A stretch of DNA of 64,000 nt from Chrysemys picta bellii (taxonomy: Eukaryota), in NCBI RefSeq assembly GCF_011386835.1, contig NC_088811.1, positions 18,848,001-18,912,000 on the forward strand, written 5' to 3'. Positions 1 to 13,061 of this stretch are shown here, piece after piece; within the stretch, counting starts at the first letter, position 1, and the number at the start of each line of letters is the position of its first letter. The notes beneath the pieces were generated by a model, which saw only the letters and a list, made by a program, of their open reading frames with translations, ran no database searches and was not told the DNA's origin. Made by a program: the position numbers and the translations under genes.

Positions 1-2589
1 CAAGGCCCCGTCCAAGGCAGCAGTGACCCCACACTCCATGCTTTGCCCTGACACAGGGCAGTTTGGCCTTGGGTGGGCCTGAGCACGTTAGCGGGAGCTG
101 TAACCCCCAGGAAGGGATGCACGTATGCGGGGAGAGGGACGCCACCGCTCCCAGGAGGGGCATCTCCAAACGCCCCTTGGCCCCGCCAGTGCCAGGCTGC
201 CAACGCCCAGCACTCGCTATCACTGCCCTCAATGTCACGAGGTCAGCTTAGAGCTCAGGAGATCTTTGAAACAATACGTCTGGGGTTCTCGCTGTTTGCT
301 TTCTGGTTCGGGGGGGGGGGGGGGGGGGACGTTTTCAAGCTTTTCTCCGCAGTCAGCAGGGCTGGGAACTTCCTTTAAAAAAAGAAATGAAAGGCCAGGC
401 TCTCTCGGAGTGCCAGGACTCCGGGAGCTGGGGCTTTAAGGGATGCACCAAATATCATGAGACTCGTATTAAAATGGCAAGAGTTGGTAACGCTGTAAGT
501 GACCAAAGGAAAACAGCGACAAGAATGCAGGCCTCAGCCCTGGGCACAGACATAGGCAGGGCAGGGTTCCCGGTTCCTTCCCCATTGTGACGAGCGGAGC
601 CAAGGGACGGCCCTTGGCACAGCTGTCAATGGGGCTCAGGCATTTCCCTCTCAGCAGAGCGCTGGGATCTCCCGCAGCGTGGCAAGCCTGGGGCTCCGTG
701 ACGTGCAGACGCACAAATGTGCTGATGTGGCACAAAATCCCTCATCAAAACGGGAACGCGCGCTCCAGGCCAGCCTGTGCACAGCCACGAACTCCTGTCC
801 AGGAGGGGTAGCTAATGAGGAATCCATCTGGGCCTGGCCAAGAAGCTTTGCTGCAGATGTATTTATCCTCCTTGCAGTTGAAAGGCCCCCTATCTGCCTC
901 TGGCTCTTTACTGGGGCCTAGTATAATATTTTCACCAGGCAGAGCGAAGAGGGTCTTGCAAACCCAACGGCAGCTGCTTGTCCGTCACTACAACACCCCG
1001 CTTTGCTTTGCCTGGCCGGGGGCCAGCGGAACAAACTGAAACCCAATCCCCCCGGCCGACCCGCCAGCACAGTAACCGCACACTGCGCTGTGAACCGGGT
1101 ACTCGGGATACTTTGCTCAGGGATCCACTTAGCCTCCAAGAGGGAGGGAGTGATTGATAGGGAGAGGGAATGAACGATGACTGATCTGGAATGGGATCCC
1201 CACACACACTTTTCCCGCCCCGGCCCCCCACCCTAAGGGAACAAGGAAAGCCAAGGGCATGGTGTGGCAGTGCCAGGGAGCACTGGGGCAGCAGGGAGCA
1301 GGCAGCCAGGGGCAGGACAATTTCTCCGCACTGGCCCTTGAAAGCACCGAGTACAGAACGACGCCCATGGCTCTGGCCTCACGCCCATGCAGCAATTCTC
1401 CATGTACCCCAGGAACTGTCGGGCCCCGGCCTGACCCTGCAGTGGGATGTGTGTGGCCAGCCCCACAGCTCAGAGCATAGGAGTGGGGTCTTTGTCAGCA
1501 ATAACAATGCACGGGGAGGGGCAGTCCTACACCCCGCTGGTATCACTGGATCGAGGACTGAGTCCAGGCTGAGGGTATCAGGAGAAGAGCCCATGTTCCC
1601 AGCCCTGGGGAGGATGAGGCACGCATGCCATCTGCCTGTGGCGGGCCAGGGGCCCAGCAGGAAAGGAAGGGGAAGCCGTCTGCTCACACACTGGGTGGAT
1701 GGAAAAGGGCCCCGGATGGTGCGGATATCCTTAACCAGTAAGCATCACCCACCCTCTGGCTTCAGAGTGACTCCCGCAGGCTCCCCCAGCCCCACCCGGC
1801 TAGCTGGGCTCTTTATGGCTTCAGAGTGACGCCCACCTGTCCTTGGACTCGGGTCCCAGGTCTGCTCCTCCTGCCTCGGAAGTCAGCAGAAGGCTAGCCA
1901 GGTACCAGGTGCTGAGGACTGGCTTGTGTAAGGCACCGTGCTAGGCTGGGGAGGAAATCAAGGGGCTGCTGCACTTGTGCGGCAGATGATTTCACTGGGG
2001 GGTTCTTGCTCTGCCTACGCCCACCAGCTCCGGGGCTCTATTGCACCTTGGCTTCATCTCTCCCGCTAGCGTCTGAATCTTTCCCGGGAGTCCTGAGCCC
2101 TTGGAGGGGTGTCTGCACAGGGCAGAGCTGGGCTGGGCTGCTCACCCTCCCTTCCCCCCCCAGGACTGTAATGCTTCCTTCTCCACAACACAACTCCTGT
2201 CCCGCTGCACAGGGACTGGCCGAATGGAGTGGCAGGTTTCCGCGCCGTCTCACTGCCAGCTGGGAACGGCCGCTCGCAGAGGAGGGTGAGTCCCCCGTAC
2301 AGCTCTGCCCCTCCCTGTGCACAGCACCCTGCATCTGCACCGCCCTCGGCGACAGAGAGTGAGTCATTCGAGCCAGTTTGCTCCCCATAATCAATTCCCT
2401 CCTATGGCTTTTCGATGCACACAACTCGATCGTTCCCGCCGGCTGCCTGCGGACTGAGAGCAGTGCCGAGCAAACGCAGGCTACATCGACGGCACTAACA
2501 CAGCCAGCTGGGCCTCGCGCACGGAGCGTGGGAGTGAGCGCCAAGGAGTCCAGAGCCCATGCACTCACTGGATGATGTTGAATGAGCCC

Positions 2590-2650
2590 CAGCCTCACCC
2601 CTTGTGCCTCAGTTTCCCCATCTGTACTAGCAGTGACAAAAACCTTGGCC
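2590..2650 (+). mobile_element. MIR/CORE-SINE-like fragment
   Basis: Contains GCCTCAGTTTCCCCATCTGTA, the CORE-SINE conserved core; highly degenerate. Confidence 0.55.
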
Positions 2651-3181
2651 ACCACCCAGGTGGATTAATTAGTTAGGCCAATGATTTCAGAGGTCGTGTG
2701 GGCACCAACCCCAATCTGAGTGCAGATCGCAGGGCATGAGCAAGACATGGCTGCACTGCGCATTAGCAAAGGGCGTGGCAGGCTGCACGCAGAGAGGGGC
2801 TCGCATGAATGGGCTGGGCTTGGGCATGGGCTCAGGGAACACGCACAGGTGCCCAGATGATTTGGGTTTACATGCCAGCTGTGACGCTGCTAGGTGTGAG
2901 CTGGGAGGGGGGGCACTGCTGGGGGCACAGATGCATCTCGCAGAGCACTAGATCTGCACAAAGCATCTGTATTTGCGCCGGTCAGCGAGCTGCAGAGGCA
3001 AGTCCCTGGCACACATGGTGTATGAGCCCAGACGGCGGCTCCTGAGAGCCACCTGCCAAGCTTACAGGAGAGTGATGTTCCACCCCTCGCCGGGGAGCGT
3101 ATCTGGTGCAGCCAACACAAGCAAGGAGAGAGGAAATGGAGAGGGCTCCTGCCGGCCTCACCAGGGCTGCTTGGGCGTCCC

Positions 3182-3514
3182 TGTTACTAGCAGTCTGAGG
3201 GCCAAGGTTGCTGCATGACAAATGGGTAGGAGAGCAGGGCTGGGACGCTGGCAGCCCCGTTCCTCAGTCCAGCACCGACCCACTATTAAACAGCAGCAGT
3301 TCAGTGGCCGCTCTCAACACTCACCCACGGCTGTGACAGCTCCTGGCCTGCAGGTTCCCGGCCCTGCACCTGCCTTGCCACACTCCCGGTAACCTGGTTC
3401 TGACCCTCAGCTCTGATTCCTGACCTCTGACTCTGGCTCCACCCTAGCCTCCAAGTCCTGGCTACCGACGCCTGCTCTGACCACTAGGCCTAAGTACCAT
3501 GCGGGGAACTGACA
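3182..3514 (+). repeat. 5' LTR of the Gypsy provirus (ends approximate)
   Basis: Starts TGTT and ends TGACA; aligns by eye to 5318-5639 over several blocks. Confidence 0.55.
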
Positions 3515-3559
3515 GTTTGAGCAGCCCAAACACAGACAATAAGGGAACTAGACAGGATA

Positions 3560-4305
3560 TAGCAAGCCTGGTCCACAAAGGCCAACAGCTCTGCCAGAGA
3601 GTGGGAGCCCTACAGACTTTGCAGAGCCAAGGTGCCTCGCTCTGCGCGCACAGAATGCGCTCCTGCACGCTCCAGCCGCTCCGCCTTCCCCTCCCCGAGC
3701 CCAAATTCCCCCGCCTGAGAATTCAATAGCAATCGGGACAAATTTTGTGGGTTCCTAAATACGTGTTGGCTCCTATTTCTGCCATGACCACAGTCCTATC
3801 CCACTGACCAAGCCAAAGGGGACTGATTATCAGCCCAGTTACTGGAAAGGCCTCGGCCTGAGCGTCTACTTCTAGGACAATTTGAGGACTTGGTTGGAGC
3901 TATGTACAGACTGCTGACGACGCAAGCTGCCCGTCAGTTGTAGCAGAAGGGACACTGGCCAGTGGCTACACATGCAGCCTAGTTCCAACGCCTGGTGCAT
4001 TCATCAAATGGAGTGAGGACACCCAGCGTTATCAAATCCAGTTCAGCCTCAGCAAGGATACTGAAGATGAACTGGCCCAGGTGGAATCCCCAGCCGGCCT
4101 GGAGGCTTAGTCAACCGCCTGGCTGATCACCTCCAGCTCCAGCCCCTCCTCAGCAGTACTTCCTCCATTGCCCGAACCCATGCAAGTCAATCAGGTCTGG
4201 CCCCACCTCTGACGTAGAGAAGAGGCGACGCTGGGCATCAGGCTTATGCCTATGCCGCAGGGAACCAGGACACTTTACATCAAGATGCCCCATGAAGGTC
4301 CAAGC
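3560..4305 (+). pseudogene. Degenerate Gypsy gag with CCHC zinc knuckle
   Basis: Frameshifted fragments: LVHKGQQLCQRVGALQ, PEPKF..NSNRDKFCGFLNTCWLLF..PQSYPTDQAK, LSKDTEDELAQVE, EKRRRWASGLCL.C.EPGHFTSRCP. These match the sushi/PEG10/RTL-type gag pattern. Confidence 0.75.
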
Positions 4306-4314
4306 AGGAAAAAA

Positions 4315-4570
4315 AACCTAAACTATTTGGGACAAGGAGCTACCGGCCATCAAGGCAGCTTTTGAGGGGTGGTGCCACGTCCGAAAAGGAGCCCAGTTCT
4401 GATTCAAGTCCTGCCAGAGCACAAGAACCTGGAGTACGTACAGACTGCCAGACGCCTTCGCCGACGCCAGATCTGCTGGTCTCTTTTGTTTGCACACTTC
4501 AGCTTTGTTGTAGCCGATCACCCAGGGACAAGAAACGGGACGGCAGAGGCCCTATCCCCCAAAGACGAAT
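4315..4570 (+). pseudogene. Gypsy RNase H remnant
   Basis: WDKEL.AIKAAFE.W then KNLEYVQTARRLRRRQICWSLLFAHFSFVVADHPGTRNGTAEALS (ORF 4369-4590), a typical Ty3/Gypsy RNase H end. Confidence 0.85.
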
Positions 4571-4954
4571 TTCTTGAATCTCAAATCTAGTGGTGAGCCT
4601 TCTGCCACTGTCAACGGGATGGTCAACAGCAGTCTGATGTTCTGCATCCCCTGCTGTGCCGAATTTGCATATATCAATGCAATCCACATCTCGCCCCAAC
4701 ACAGCAAACTTTCTCCCCTGCTTCCATCTGGACTTACCCTGGAGTTCCCCAGTACCAGCCACTGTGGATTTAGCCTCCCACCTACACCAGTGCACCAGGA
4801 CCTCAAAGAACACCTGCCGTCCGTCAGAGAAACCTACTAACACCATGCAGACCAAGGCTGTCAGGGTGCCCCCAATCTGGCCATAAGGGACAGGGTGTGA
4901 CTCTCTGCCCCGAATCCCACATCGAGCCGCCCATCTGCCACACTAGACTACCAA

Positions 4955-5275
4955 TACTGGGCCCCTTGAAGACCATAGAACAGGTAAACCCAGTGGCCTT
5001 CAGGTTATAGCTGCCTGAGTCCTTGAAGATCCACCCCGTCTTTCACATCTCAAGCCCTACACCAAGAACCCAAACCCAAACTTCTCCCATCTGCCACTGC
5101 CACCCACAACAGTCCATGGACAGGAGGAGCACTTGGTCTCAGGGAGTTAGGGGAAGGCTGCAGTGCCTGTGGACTGGGAGGGCTATGGGCCAGACGAGCA
5201 GTCTTGAGACCTGGTAGAGAACATCTGTGCCCCAGACCCATTGCGAGAATTCCATCGGAAGTACCCCAAGAAACC
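4955..5275 (+). pseudogene. Gypsy integrase C-terminus (GPY/F module) and chromodomain remnant
   Basis: GP...QVNPVAFRL.LPESLKIHPVFHIS followed by GYGPDEQS..VENI.AP..LREFHRKYPKKP. Confidence 0.8.
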
Positions 5276-5317
5276 AGTCGCCGAGGTCCCTAGGAAGTGC
5301 CCTGGAAGAGGGGATGC

Positions 5318-5639
5318 TGTCAAGAATCAGGGCCTGCATCAGAGCCAGTCTCCAGGCAAGCTAATAGGATGTCTGACGGGTCGGAAGAGTCAACAAACTG
5401 GCTCTTATGCCCAGCAGCAATTCAGTGGCTGCACAACGATTGGCCCATGGCTGCGATAGCTCCTATGCCGGCTTGTTCCCAGCCCTGCCTCTGCCTTGGC
5501 TCCAGCCTTGCCCCTGCCTTGCCTGACTCCAGGGAGCTGGTTCTGACCCTGGGCTCTGGCTTCAGCTCTGCCCCTCAATTCCTGGTTACCAACTCCAGTT
5601 CTAACCACTAGGCCTGACTGCCCACACCCCAGTCACGCA
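5318..5639 (+). repeat. 3' LTR of the Gypsy provirus
   Basis: Begins TGTCAAG directly after the polypurine tract and ends ...GTCACGCA; similar to 3182-3514. Confidence 0.7.
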
Positions 5640-8224
5640 ATACAGACACCACGCACGGATATGCCAGTGCCCATGTCAGTGCACACACACACACGGTCTC
5701 CCAGCATCTGATCCGGAAGGGGAGGCCTGGCATTTCTGTGTGCCCTGTGGTTGCTCTGGCTGGGAGATGAGTAACTCTGGCTGGATACCAGATAGCCCCT
5801 TACCTGGGTAGCAGTGTCTGCCTGCTTGCCTTCCTCAGCCTGTTAGCCATTACAGACCCTCCCACTGATCTGGCTGGGATGTAAAGGCAGTACTAGAGAT
5901 GCAGTGGGATGGCTGGGGCCACAGCTCCTGCAGACCCAACACAACAGACACTTCCTGGGCGTGCTCCAGACATCCAGTCCTTTGGGGCACCCACTGATGG
6001 CCCAATGGTCTCTGACAGGAACAAGCAACAAGAGCAGAGGAATTATCCTCCTGCATGGATATACCCAGCAGCCGCTGGGCTGGGCCGTCTGCCCTACTCG
6101 GGGGACAGCTCTGATATGCCAGGACACCCTTCGTCCAAGAGGCTCAAAGCACGCACTTCACCCCTGGGGCAATGCTACCAAAGGGAGTGGAGTTTCACCA
6201 GGAATGAACCTGGCCCAACCTGTGGTTAGTGCTCCGCACTCAGTTCTCCTTCTGCCTGACGGGCAGGACAAGAGGGAGGGTGTCTGCCTGGGAGCCTTCG
6301 GGGCCCGGCAGAGATGGCTCATTTCTTTCCCCTCGCAGGACTGCGCCCAGACTCCATGGCCCAAAGCCCCCGCCGGCTCATTGTCCCCGTAATCACGGGG
6401 AGGAACCAGCCTGCTGTGGCAGACCCGCCAGCGCCGCGAGCAAAGGCAGAAATTCCAGCTCGAATTGAGAAATTGGAGCTGAAACCTCAGGAATCCAAGA
6501 CGGCCAACTTTCTACCCACTGGGAAAGTAACACAATTTCTCTGACGTGCAGAGCGTGCCAGGGCTTCCCTGCCGGCCTCTGTCCTGTCCTGTCCTTCCAC
6601 CTCCTGTAGGACATGGCTGCAGGGAGGGAGGTTCTGGGGAAAGCGGCTCTGCCTCTCGAAGCTGCTCCTGCCCCGGTATCCTGCCCCTTGATCAAGGAAC
6701 AGACACTTGGAACAGCTGCTTCTCAGCACGGCACAGGCGGGGCAGGAGCAACAAACCTCAGGCCCACCACGACTCTCGGACAGAAAATACGACTGCCTAG
6801 ACTGCAGGGAGGCTCCCACCTGCAATCTCCACTCACTGGATCTTTTCAAATCCGAGCCGCCGGCACAGCCCCTGCTCCAGTCCTGCAAGGTGCAGGGGAG
6901 TCTCGAAGAGCCACGAGAGATCCCAGTCTGCCCCTCAGGGGGCCTGGAAGCTGCCCCATTGCTACCATCAGCACATACACTCCATAAAGCAAGCGACTGC
7001 CAGCCCCCATCAAACCTGGCGCCCACCCAGCTCTCTCCTGCCTCCGAAAGTGGCCAGCCCCAGCTGCCTCCAAGGCAGGTGCAAGAACCCCCCAGGCAGG
7101 CAATGGCGGGTGCATGCCCTGCTGCAGAAAGGCCCCAGCTCTGTGATGCTAGCGAATGCCACCCGTCTGTCCAACAAAAAACCTAAGAACTATCAGAGCA
7201 ATATAAATGGCTAAACCTTTCTGCAATCCTGGGAAACACTTGGTCTCCAAGATCTCTTGTGGCAGGAGCCCATGGGCTCCTGGGACCCGATCCTCAGCCC
7301 AGCTGCGCTGGTGACATCGCTCATTTCGGCGCCAACAACGCGGCTGCTTGAGACAGCGGGTTGTGGCGGCGCTGCGGGGTCCAGGGCACCGATTCCCACA
7401 CAGACCCTGGGGGACTGCAACAGCCGCCAGGAGGAGGCAGAAAATGAACAGCTAAATCAATTGCTTGTGGCGCAGACACACACCGCTTGCCCCTCAGCAC
7501 GAGCGCTCCTATGGGAGCTCAAATGGGCCGGGTTCAGTGCTGGCTCGGCAGCCCGGGGGGAAGACGCAGGTCCCTGGATTCCCCTGGAGGTGCCGCACTC
7601 ACTCAGTACCCTGGACCAACCCCCTTTGCCCCTCTGCCCAGGGGATTAGTGCAGCAGCTCTGGGCTCGGGAAGCGCTCGGATCTGCTGTTCGCTCCCCAC
7701 CACGGCCAGAGGCCTGGAGCAGCGACTGGAACTGAAGCTGCGCCTGCCACCCCAGGGGCTTGGCCGGCACCATGACGAGGCTGTGCCTGACCCAGGGTGC
7801 GTTTCCCTCGCTGGGACGGGACGGAGGCTGCCAATCCCCGACCCAACGGAAGTGCTGCGCCCTGTAGATTAGATTCTCTGGGAGCACCAAGGGGCTGAGC
7901 TGTGGCCAGGGTCCACGAGTAACTGTACCCCAGGGGATGTGCTGAACCCCCGCCTGAACGCGCTCTGGTGCTGCACGTCGCACGCTGGCACGGCACTCTT
8001 ACCCCCGTGCAATCCCTTAGAGCTCAGTGCCCGGCCTTAAAGGGACACTGCTGATTTCAAACCATCTCCTGAGCTACGGCACTGGGCAGACGGGTTTCCA
8101 ATACGCTCCTTGTCACGTTCTCGTTCCGCACTACCGTGCGTGTTCCGGTGACCCCCGTAGTCCCCAGCAGAGACCCAGCCGGGCCCCAAGAGTTCACAGT
8201 CTCAATAGCCAAGCACTGGCGAGA

Positions 8225-8310
8225 GAAAGGGAGAATCAGCAGCCCATTGTACAGATGGGAACTGAGACCCAGAGAGACAGTGGCTTGCCCAGAATCACCC
8301 AGAGAGTCTA
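8225..8310 (-). mobile_element. MIR/CORE-SINE-like fragment
   Basis: CCCATTGTACAGATGGGAACTGAGACCCAGAGAG..GTGGCTTGCCCAGAATCAC is the reverse-complement CORE pattern. Confidence 0.6.
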
Positions 8311-11300
8311 GGGCAATGCCCGAGCCACAAGGCTGCCCTAGTAGGATGTGTCGGCCCAGTGAGCTAGCTGGGTTCTGCCACTCGATTGCTACGGGGCGGG
8401 GGGAGGGGGGTGTCACTTTGCTTTTGTCTCTTTTCCTTAACACAAACCCTGCATGTAGAGGGAGCTGACCAGATAGTCCCCAGCGGCTCCCCTGGGCAGG
8501 GATGGGGCTCATCCCTTAAGGGAACAGGACAGGTCTGGCTGCCAAGTTGCAGTGCGCAGCCACTACCTGGAGGCGAGCGGGCCTGAGCAGGGTGCACCGT
8601 GCCAGGCCTGATCCGTCCATGAGCAGCCTCCCAGGCACAGTGGCTTCCCCAGCCCCTCCTGGGGAGGGCCATGGACTGAGGAGGGCTCTGAGGAAGTCTT
8701 GCTTTAGCGGCTGCCCTGCACAGCCTCTCCCTGAGCAAAGTCCAGTCGGCCTCCTCTGAGCACAGCAGGGGCCAGGCCTCCCTTGACAGGCTGTCACTGT
8801 GGGAACCAGCCAGGAGGTAAAGCCGGTCACCTGAGCTGCCAGTCTCATCCCGTCACTGCCCACCCAGCTCTCCCACGCTAGCCTCCCCATGCTGGTTCCC
8901 TTTGGCAGCGTCAAGGGGATCGATCCCCACCAGGGCCTGCTCCCCCCTGCCCAGCCCCTGGGGCACACTGCAAACCAGCCTGATGATCTAGCTACAGCGC
9001 TGGCAGAGGTGTGAGTGCAGCGTGGGTAGGCAGCCCCAGGCTAGCTTTAACCTCGCTAGTGCAGGTGAAGGCACAGCAGCCTGGACCCACACTCGGAGAA
9101 CAAGGCTGCCAGGGGAGCTGGGGACATACTCAGGATGCCGCGCTACCTCGCATCACTGCTATTGTTCCCTGTTCTAGCTCGGTTAAAGCTCGCACGGGAT
9201 GGCTACTGACACGGCAAGCGCACCTTCAACTGCAGTGCAGCAGTCCCCAAGCCTGGGTTTACACGGCCGCCCCCCGAGCGATGCAGTTACACCCTCCACA
9301 CTCCCGGTGTGGACAGCACAGTGTCAACTGGGGCAGGGAGGCTTCTCCTGTCCACAGAGCTCCTGCCTCTCGGGGAGCGGGATTCGCTCGGAGCAGCTTC
9401 ACTAAGCTCTTCGGCACTGCAGCGCGGTGAGTGGAACCACGCCCTGAGCCAGAGCACTAACACCCTTAGCGCTGGCCAAGCCCGTGGCTCACCCTGTGCC
9501 CCAGCCCAGAAGCTCTCTGTTCAGGGCACCTCCATGTAAGTGACAAGGGGGCTCTTGCCAAGATGGAGAGGGCTTTGGGGCTGGGAGGACCCCCCCCTTT
9601 CCCCACCGAGCACAGCCATGTGGAGCTCTGCTCAGTGATCCAGCAGCGGCCATACGCTCACCGAATCCCCACCCATCATCCTGCAGGATCTGTGAGAGGG
9701 GCTCCGAGTAGGGCCAGTCACGTCTGCAAACACAGGCATGGAAACCGCCTCCCTGCCCCCTCCCAGCTTCAGGCCCCAGGGGGCGCGTGCTGGTGAGCAG
9801 AGCCACCCCCAGCTGCCCGCCCCATGGGCGGTGCCAAGGGCAAGGCGTGCAGCGGGACCAGCAAATCCAGCAGCTGCGCTCTCGGTGCAGGCAAGGCCCA
9901 GCCCAGGGCGGTCTGTGCAGCTCATCCCCGCGGCCAGCTGACCGCGCCGGTGGGCAGCAAACCACAGTCCCCTGGGATGGGATGAGCAGGGCTGCACTGC
10001 CCAGCCGGATACATGGGGAACATTGGGACCTGCCCTCAGCCCCTTGTCCCATCTGACCCAGGGGTCGAGCAGCTGGGCAGAGGGCTCTTCCCAGTGGCAG
10101 GCAGGGCCACCCCCCATCAAAACCCCCCAGCCCAGGGGCTGGACTAGCCCTTGGCGGCGCTGGGGTCGGTGGGACTCCAGGTGTGCACGGGGCGCCGGCA
10201 GCCTGCTTGCCAGAGAGGCCTGGGCTCCGTGAGATTCGCCGCCCTGCCCAGTGGGGTCATTTGGAAGCAGCTCCTCACTCTCAGCAGGCTCTGGAGCCCT
10301 GCTCAGAATCCCAATCAACTCCTCCTTAATGGGCTTCCATTTTAATTTCCTTTTATTGGAAAACACAGATGGTGACCCACCTCCCCTCCCCCCCCGTGCC
10401 CCTCCCCTTGTATGCACACAACGTAATAACATTTCTAAAGGAAAAGATTATCTGCAAGTACGGCCAACGCCCCGATGGAAACCCAGAGCCGGCGGCATCG
10501 TGCAGCTGCCCCACGGACAGCGACGTCTGGCTGGACCACACGGGCGCTGCAGAGCCAGGGAGCAGGAGAGCTAAATGCAATCCAAGGGGCCAGCAAGCAC
10601 AGGGGCAGCCCCATGAGCAGTCGCTTTGCTTCCCCTTCCCCTCACAGCACCAAACCCCATTGTGCTGGGCACGGGCAGGGAGCCACAGCAGCAGTGGGGC
10701 TGGGCAGGGCAGGGCAGGCTATCTATCTTCTGCCTCCTAGCAAGGGGCCTTTCTGCCCGGCCCCCCTCCCCGCCCACCCCCCGAGGCAGCAGTGGCAACC
10801 CCGTCCCCTTTGCTCTCTCTCTCTCACACACACACCTCATTAGTTCTCCGCTGGGCATGGAGCTGTCGCCCCAAGCAGAGAAGAGCCGTGCTGGGTGATC
10901 AATCCCATAAGCCTTTGAGGCTGACACTTGTTCTTAAAAATGCATCTAATTAAAATGGCTGGTGACTGGGAGCTGGGGATGGGGCGGGGGAAGGGGAGGA
11001 AATCAGAGCGCAGATCTGGCTCCATTGCAGGCCGAGTGGTTCCCTGCACCTGAATCAAGGGTCTCCGCCAGCACCCTGAGCAGCGGGATGGGTCCGCAGC
11101 AGCTCCCGGGAGCTGGGGAGGGGGATGGATCGGGCCGGGCTGCACTCAGCAGGAGCAGACAGACGGGTAAACACTGGTCCTGGCACGATACCGCACGGTC
11201 CCCTGACAGAGCCCAGGCTCCCAACGCGCAGGAGGTGCTGTGCAGTCACACCCCCCGGCAGGCAGCACTCAGCAGCCCCCATGTGCTTCAGTCACATCCA

Positions 11301-12344
11301 TGCAAGTGGGGCAGGGTCACTGCCCTGGCACAGAGACCAGATGAACTGCCCAGGATCACAGAGTTGGGAATAGAAGCCGGTTCCTCTGGCTCCCAGGCCC
11401 GAGAACACTACATGGGATGCACCCAGAGCCCGCTGGGCTTCCCTGACCGTGGCAGCTCCCCACAGGGCCTGACGGAACAGCCCAGAGAGGGGTCAGGATG
11501 GGGCAGGAGCACAGGACAGCTTTGGGGAGCTGCTGAGAGCGAGTGGGGAGCCTTCCCCCCAGGAAGCCGTGTTGGGTGTATTGGGCATAGTGCAGCAAGC
11601 TGCATTCAGCACTACAGCCCTATTACTTCCTAGCGCTCCCCACTGCAGGCTGGCAGCCGGCGTGAATCCCAGCGGCACCACCTCTCCCAGCTAGGCTGCT
11701 AGGCGACGGGGCTGCAGGTGGGGGGCCGCGCTGGTGAAGGGCACTAGGCAGCCCCTGCCTGTACCATGGACTCAGTGAGTTTGGTTCCCGGCGTCTCTGG
11801 TGGGAGCGGCACATTCAGTGCCCCACAGTGGAGAGAGAGGGAGGTTCAGGGCAAAGTGCAAGGAGGTCACAGGCACCAACAAACCAGTCATTGCTCATGT
11901 CCTTTTGTTTGCATCAGAATTCAGGCTGCCCAAGGGAACATTTCCATCTTCCAAGTTGTCGCTCCATTAACTGAGGTGGGCACCAGTGACCGGTAGACCC
12001 AAGACCCTGACAGCCGAGTGTCAGAGCTGCCAACCCCACGGGGAGAAATGTACCGGCACATTATGTACCCGCGCTACAGCCCTTGCCTGGCAAGCTTTCA
12101 GCCCGGACAAGCTGATCACTGCAAAGCACAGAAACCTTCCTGCACAGGGGCTCGCAGGATGAAAGGAGAATCCCACAGCATCATGGAAGCAATCTGCCCC
12201 GCGCAGTATCAGCTTTGGGACCTAGGTGTCAATATTCATAGGTGCCACTACGCCCTGGGTTAGGGCTCAGGTCCTTTCACTGAGGGAGCCCACGCAGGAG
12301 TCCTGGAAATACACTGCACCTGGCTGGAGCAGGGACAGATTCTC

Positions 12345-12440
12345 CCCAGCTGAAGAAGTGGGTTTTTTACCCACAAAAGCTTATGCCCAAATAAATCTGT
12401 TAGTCTTTAAGGTGCCACCGGACTCCTCACTGTTTTTCCC
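12345..12440 (+). mobile_element. Penelope-like element pLTR fragment
   Basis: CTGAAGAAGTGGGTTTTTTACCCACAAAAGCTTATGCCCAAATAAATCTGTTAGTCTTTAAGGTGCCACCGGACTCC, the same motif as at 17770-17840 and 54050-54135. Confidence 0.8.
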
Positions 12441-12964
12441 CATTTTACTGACCGTGATGGCTGGCTGTGAACATTTTGCCGACAGCCACATGTTCCTGCG
12501 TTTCCATATTTTTATGCCTGGTCTGTACCTCTGCTGCTGGTTGGCAGCTCCACCCGGATCAACTTCTGAGGAACCGAAGAGCCAGCTGCAGGTTTGAAAA
12601 TGGAGAGATTTGGGCTTCTTACCTCAGAAACGCTCCGTGCCCTGACTACGCAGGGCAATGGCAGAAGTCCAGGACTAGATCTCAGGGCCACAGGAGTGAC
12701 TCCACAGTACAAATGCTGCAAGGATCTAAATTCCCAGCACAGAGCATGCAGGACTCCACCCCAAGAGTTCCTCAGCTGGGCCGTTTCTAAGGGCTCCTCC
12801 ACCGGATCCGGAGCCAGACTGAAGGAGCGCTTTACACTCCAGATCACTGCATCTACCCAAGCTGCCTGCACTTCTAATGGGCCTGGTGCTAAGGTGCTCA
12901 GGACAGTAGTCTTGGGAGACCCGCGTTCAGTTCCATGCTCTGCCCCAGGTTCCCGGTGTTATCT

Positions 12965-13025
12965 CAAGCAAGTCACTGATCCTCAGTTCCTCACCTGCCC
13001 CGTGGGGATAACAACACTGCCCCGG
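12965..13025 (+). mobile_element. MIR/CORE-SINE-like fragment
   Basis: CAAGTCACT..CCTCAGTTCCTCACCTG...GGGGATAACAACAC. Confidence 0.5.
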
Positions 13026-13061
13026 CTCCCAGGGTGCTGGGTTGTGAGGCTAAGCATGCTA

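Larger units (their letters stand above)
3182..5639 (+). mobile_element. Internally deleted Ty3/Gypsy chromovirus-type (sushi-like) provirus with two diverged LTRs
   Basis: Order on + strand is LTR, gag, CCHC knuckle, RNase H, integrase C-terminus/chromodomain, polypurine tract (GGAAGAGGGGA), LTR. The two LTR-like blocks share CAGCAGCARTTCAGTGGCYGC, CTGGTTCTGACCCT and ACCACTAGGCCT. No TSD recognised. Confidence 0.8.

Noticed and set aside
2212-2286. Possible + strand exon (GCACAG|GGACTGG...GAGG|GTGAGT)
   Set aside because: The splice signals are plausible, but no frame resembles a protein I recognise and I found no partner exons.
7700-7872. ORF tail GLEQRLELKLRLPP...EVLRPVD*
   Set aside because: It looks protein-like, but there is no clear acceptor or family match, so it cannot be supported.
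10500-10525. REST/NRSE-like CCACGGACAGCG
   Set aside because: The right half matches, but the left half (TCAGCACC) has mismatches at key positions.
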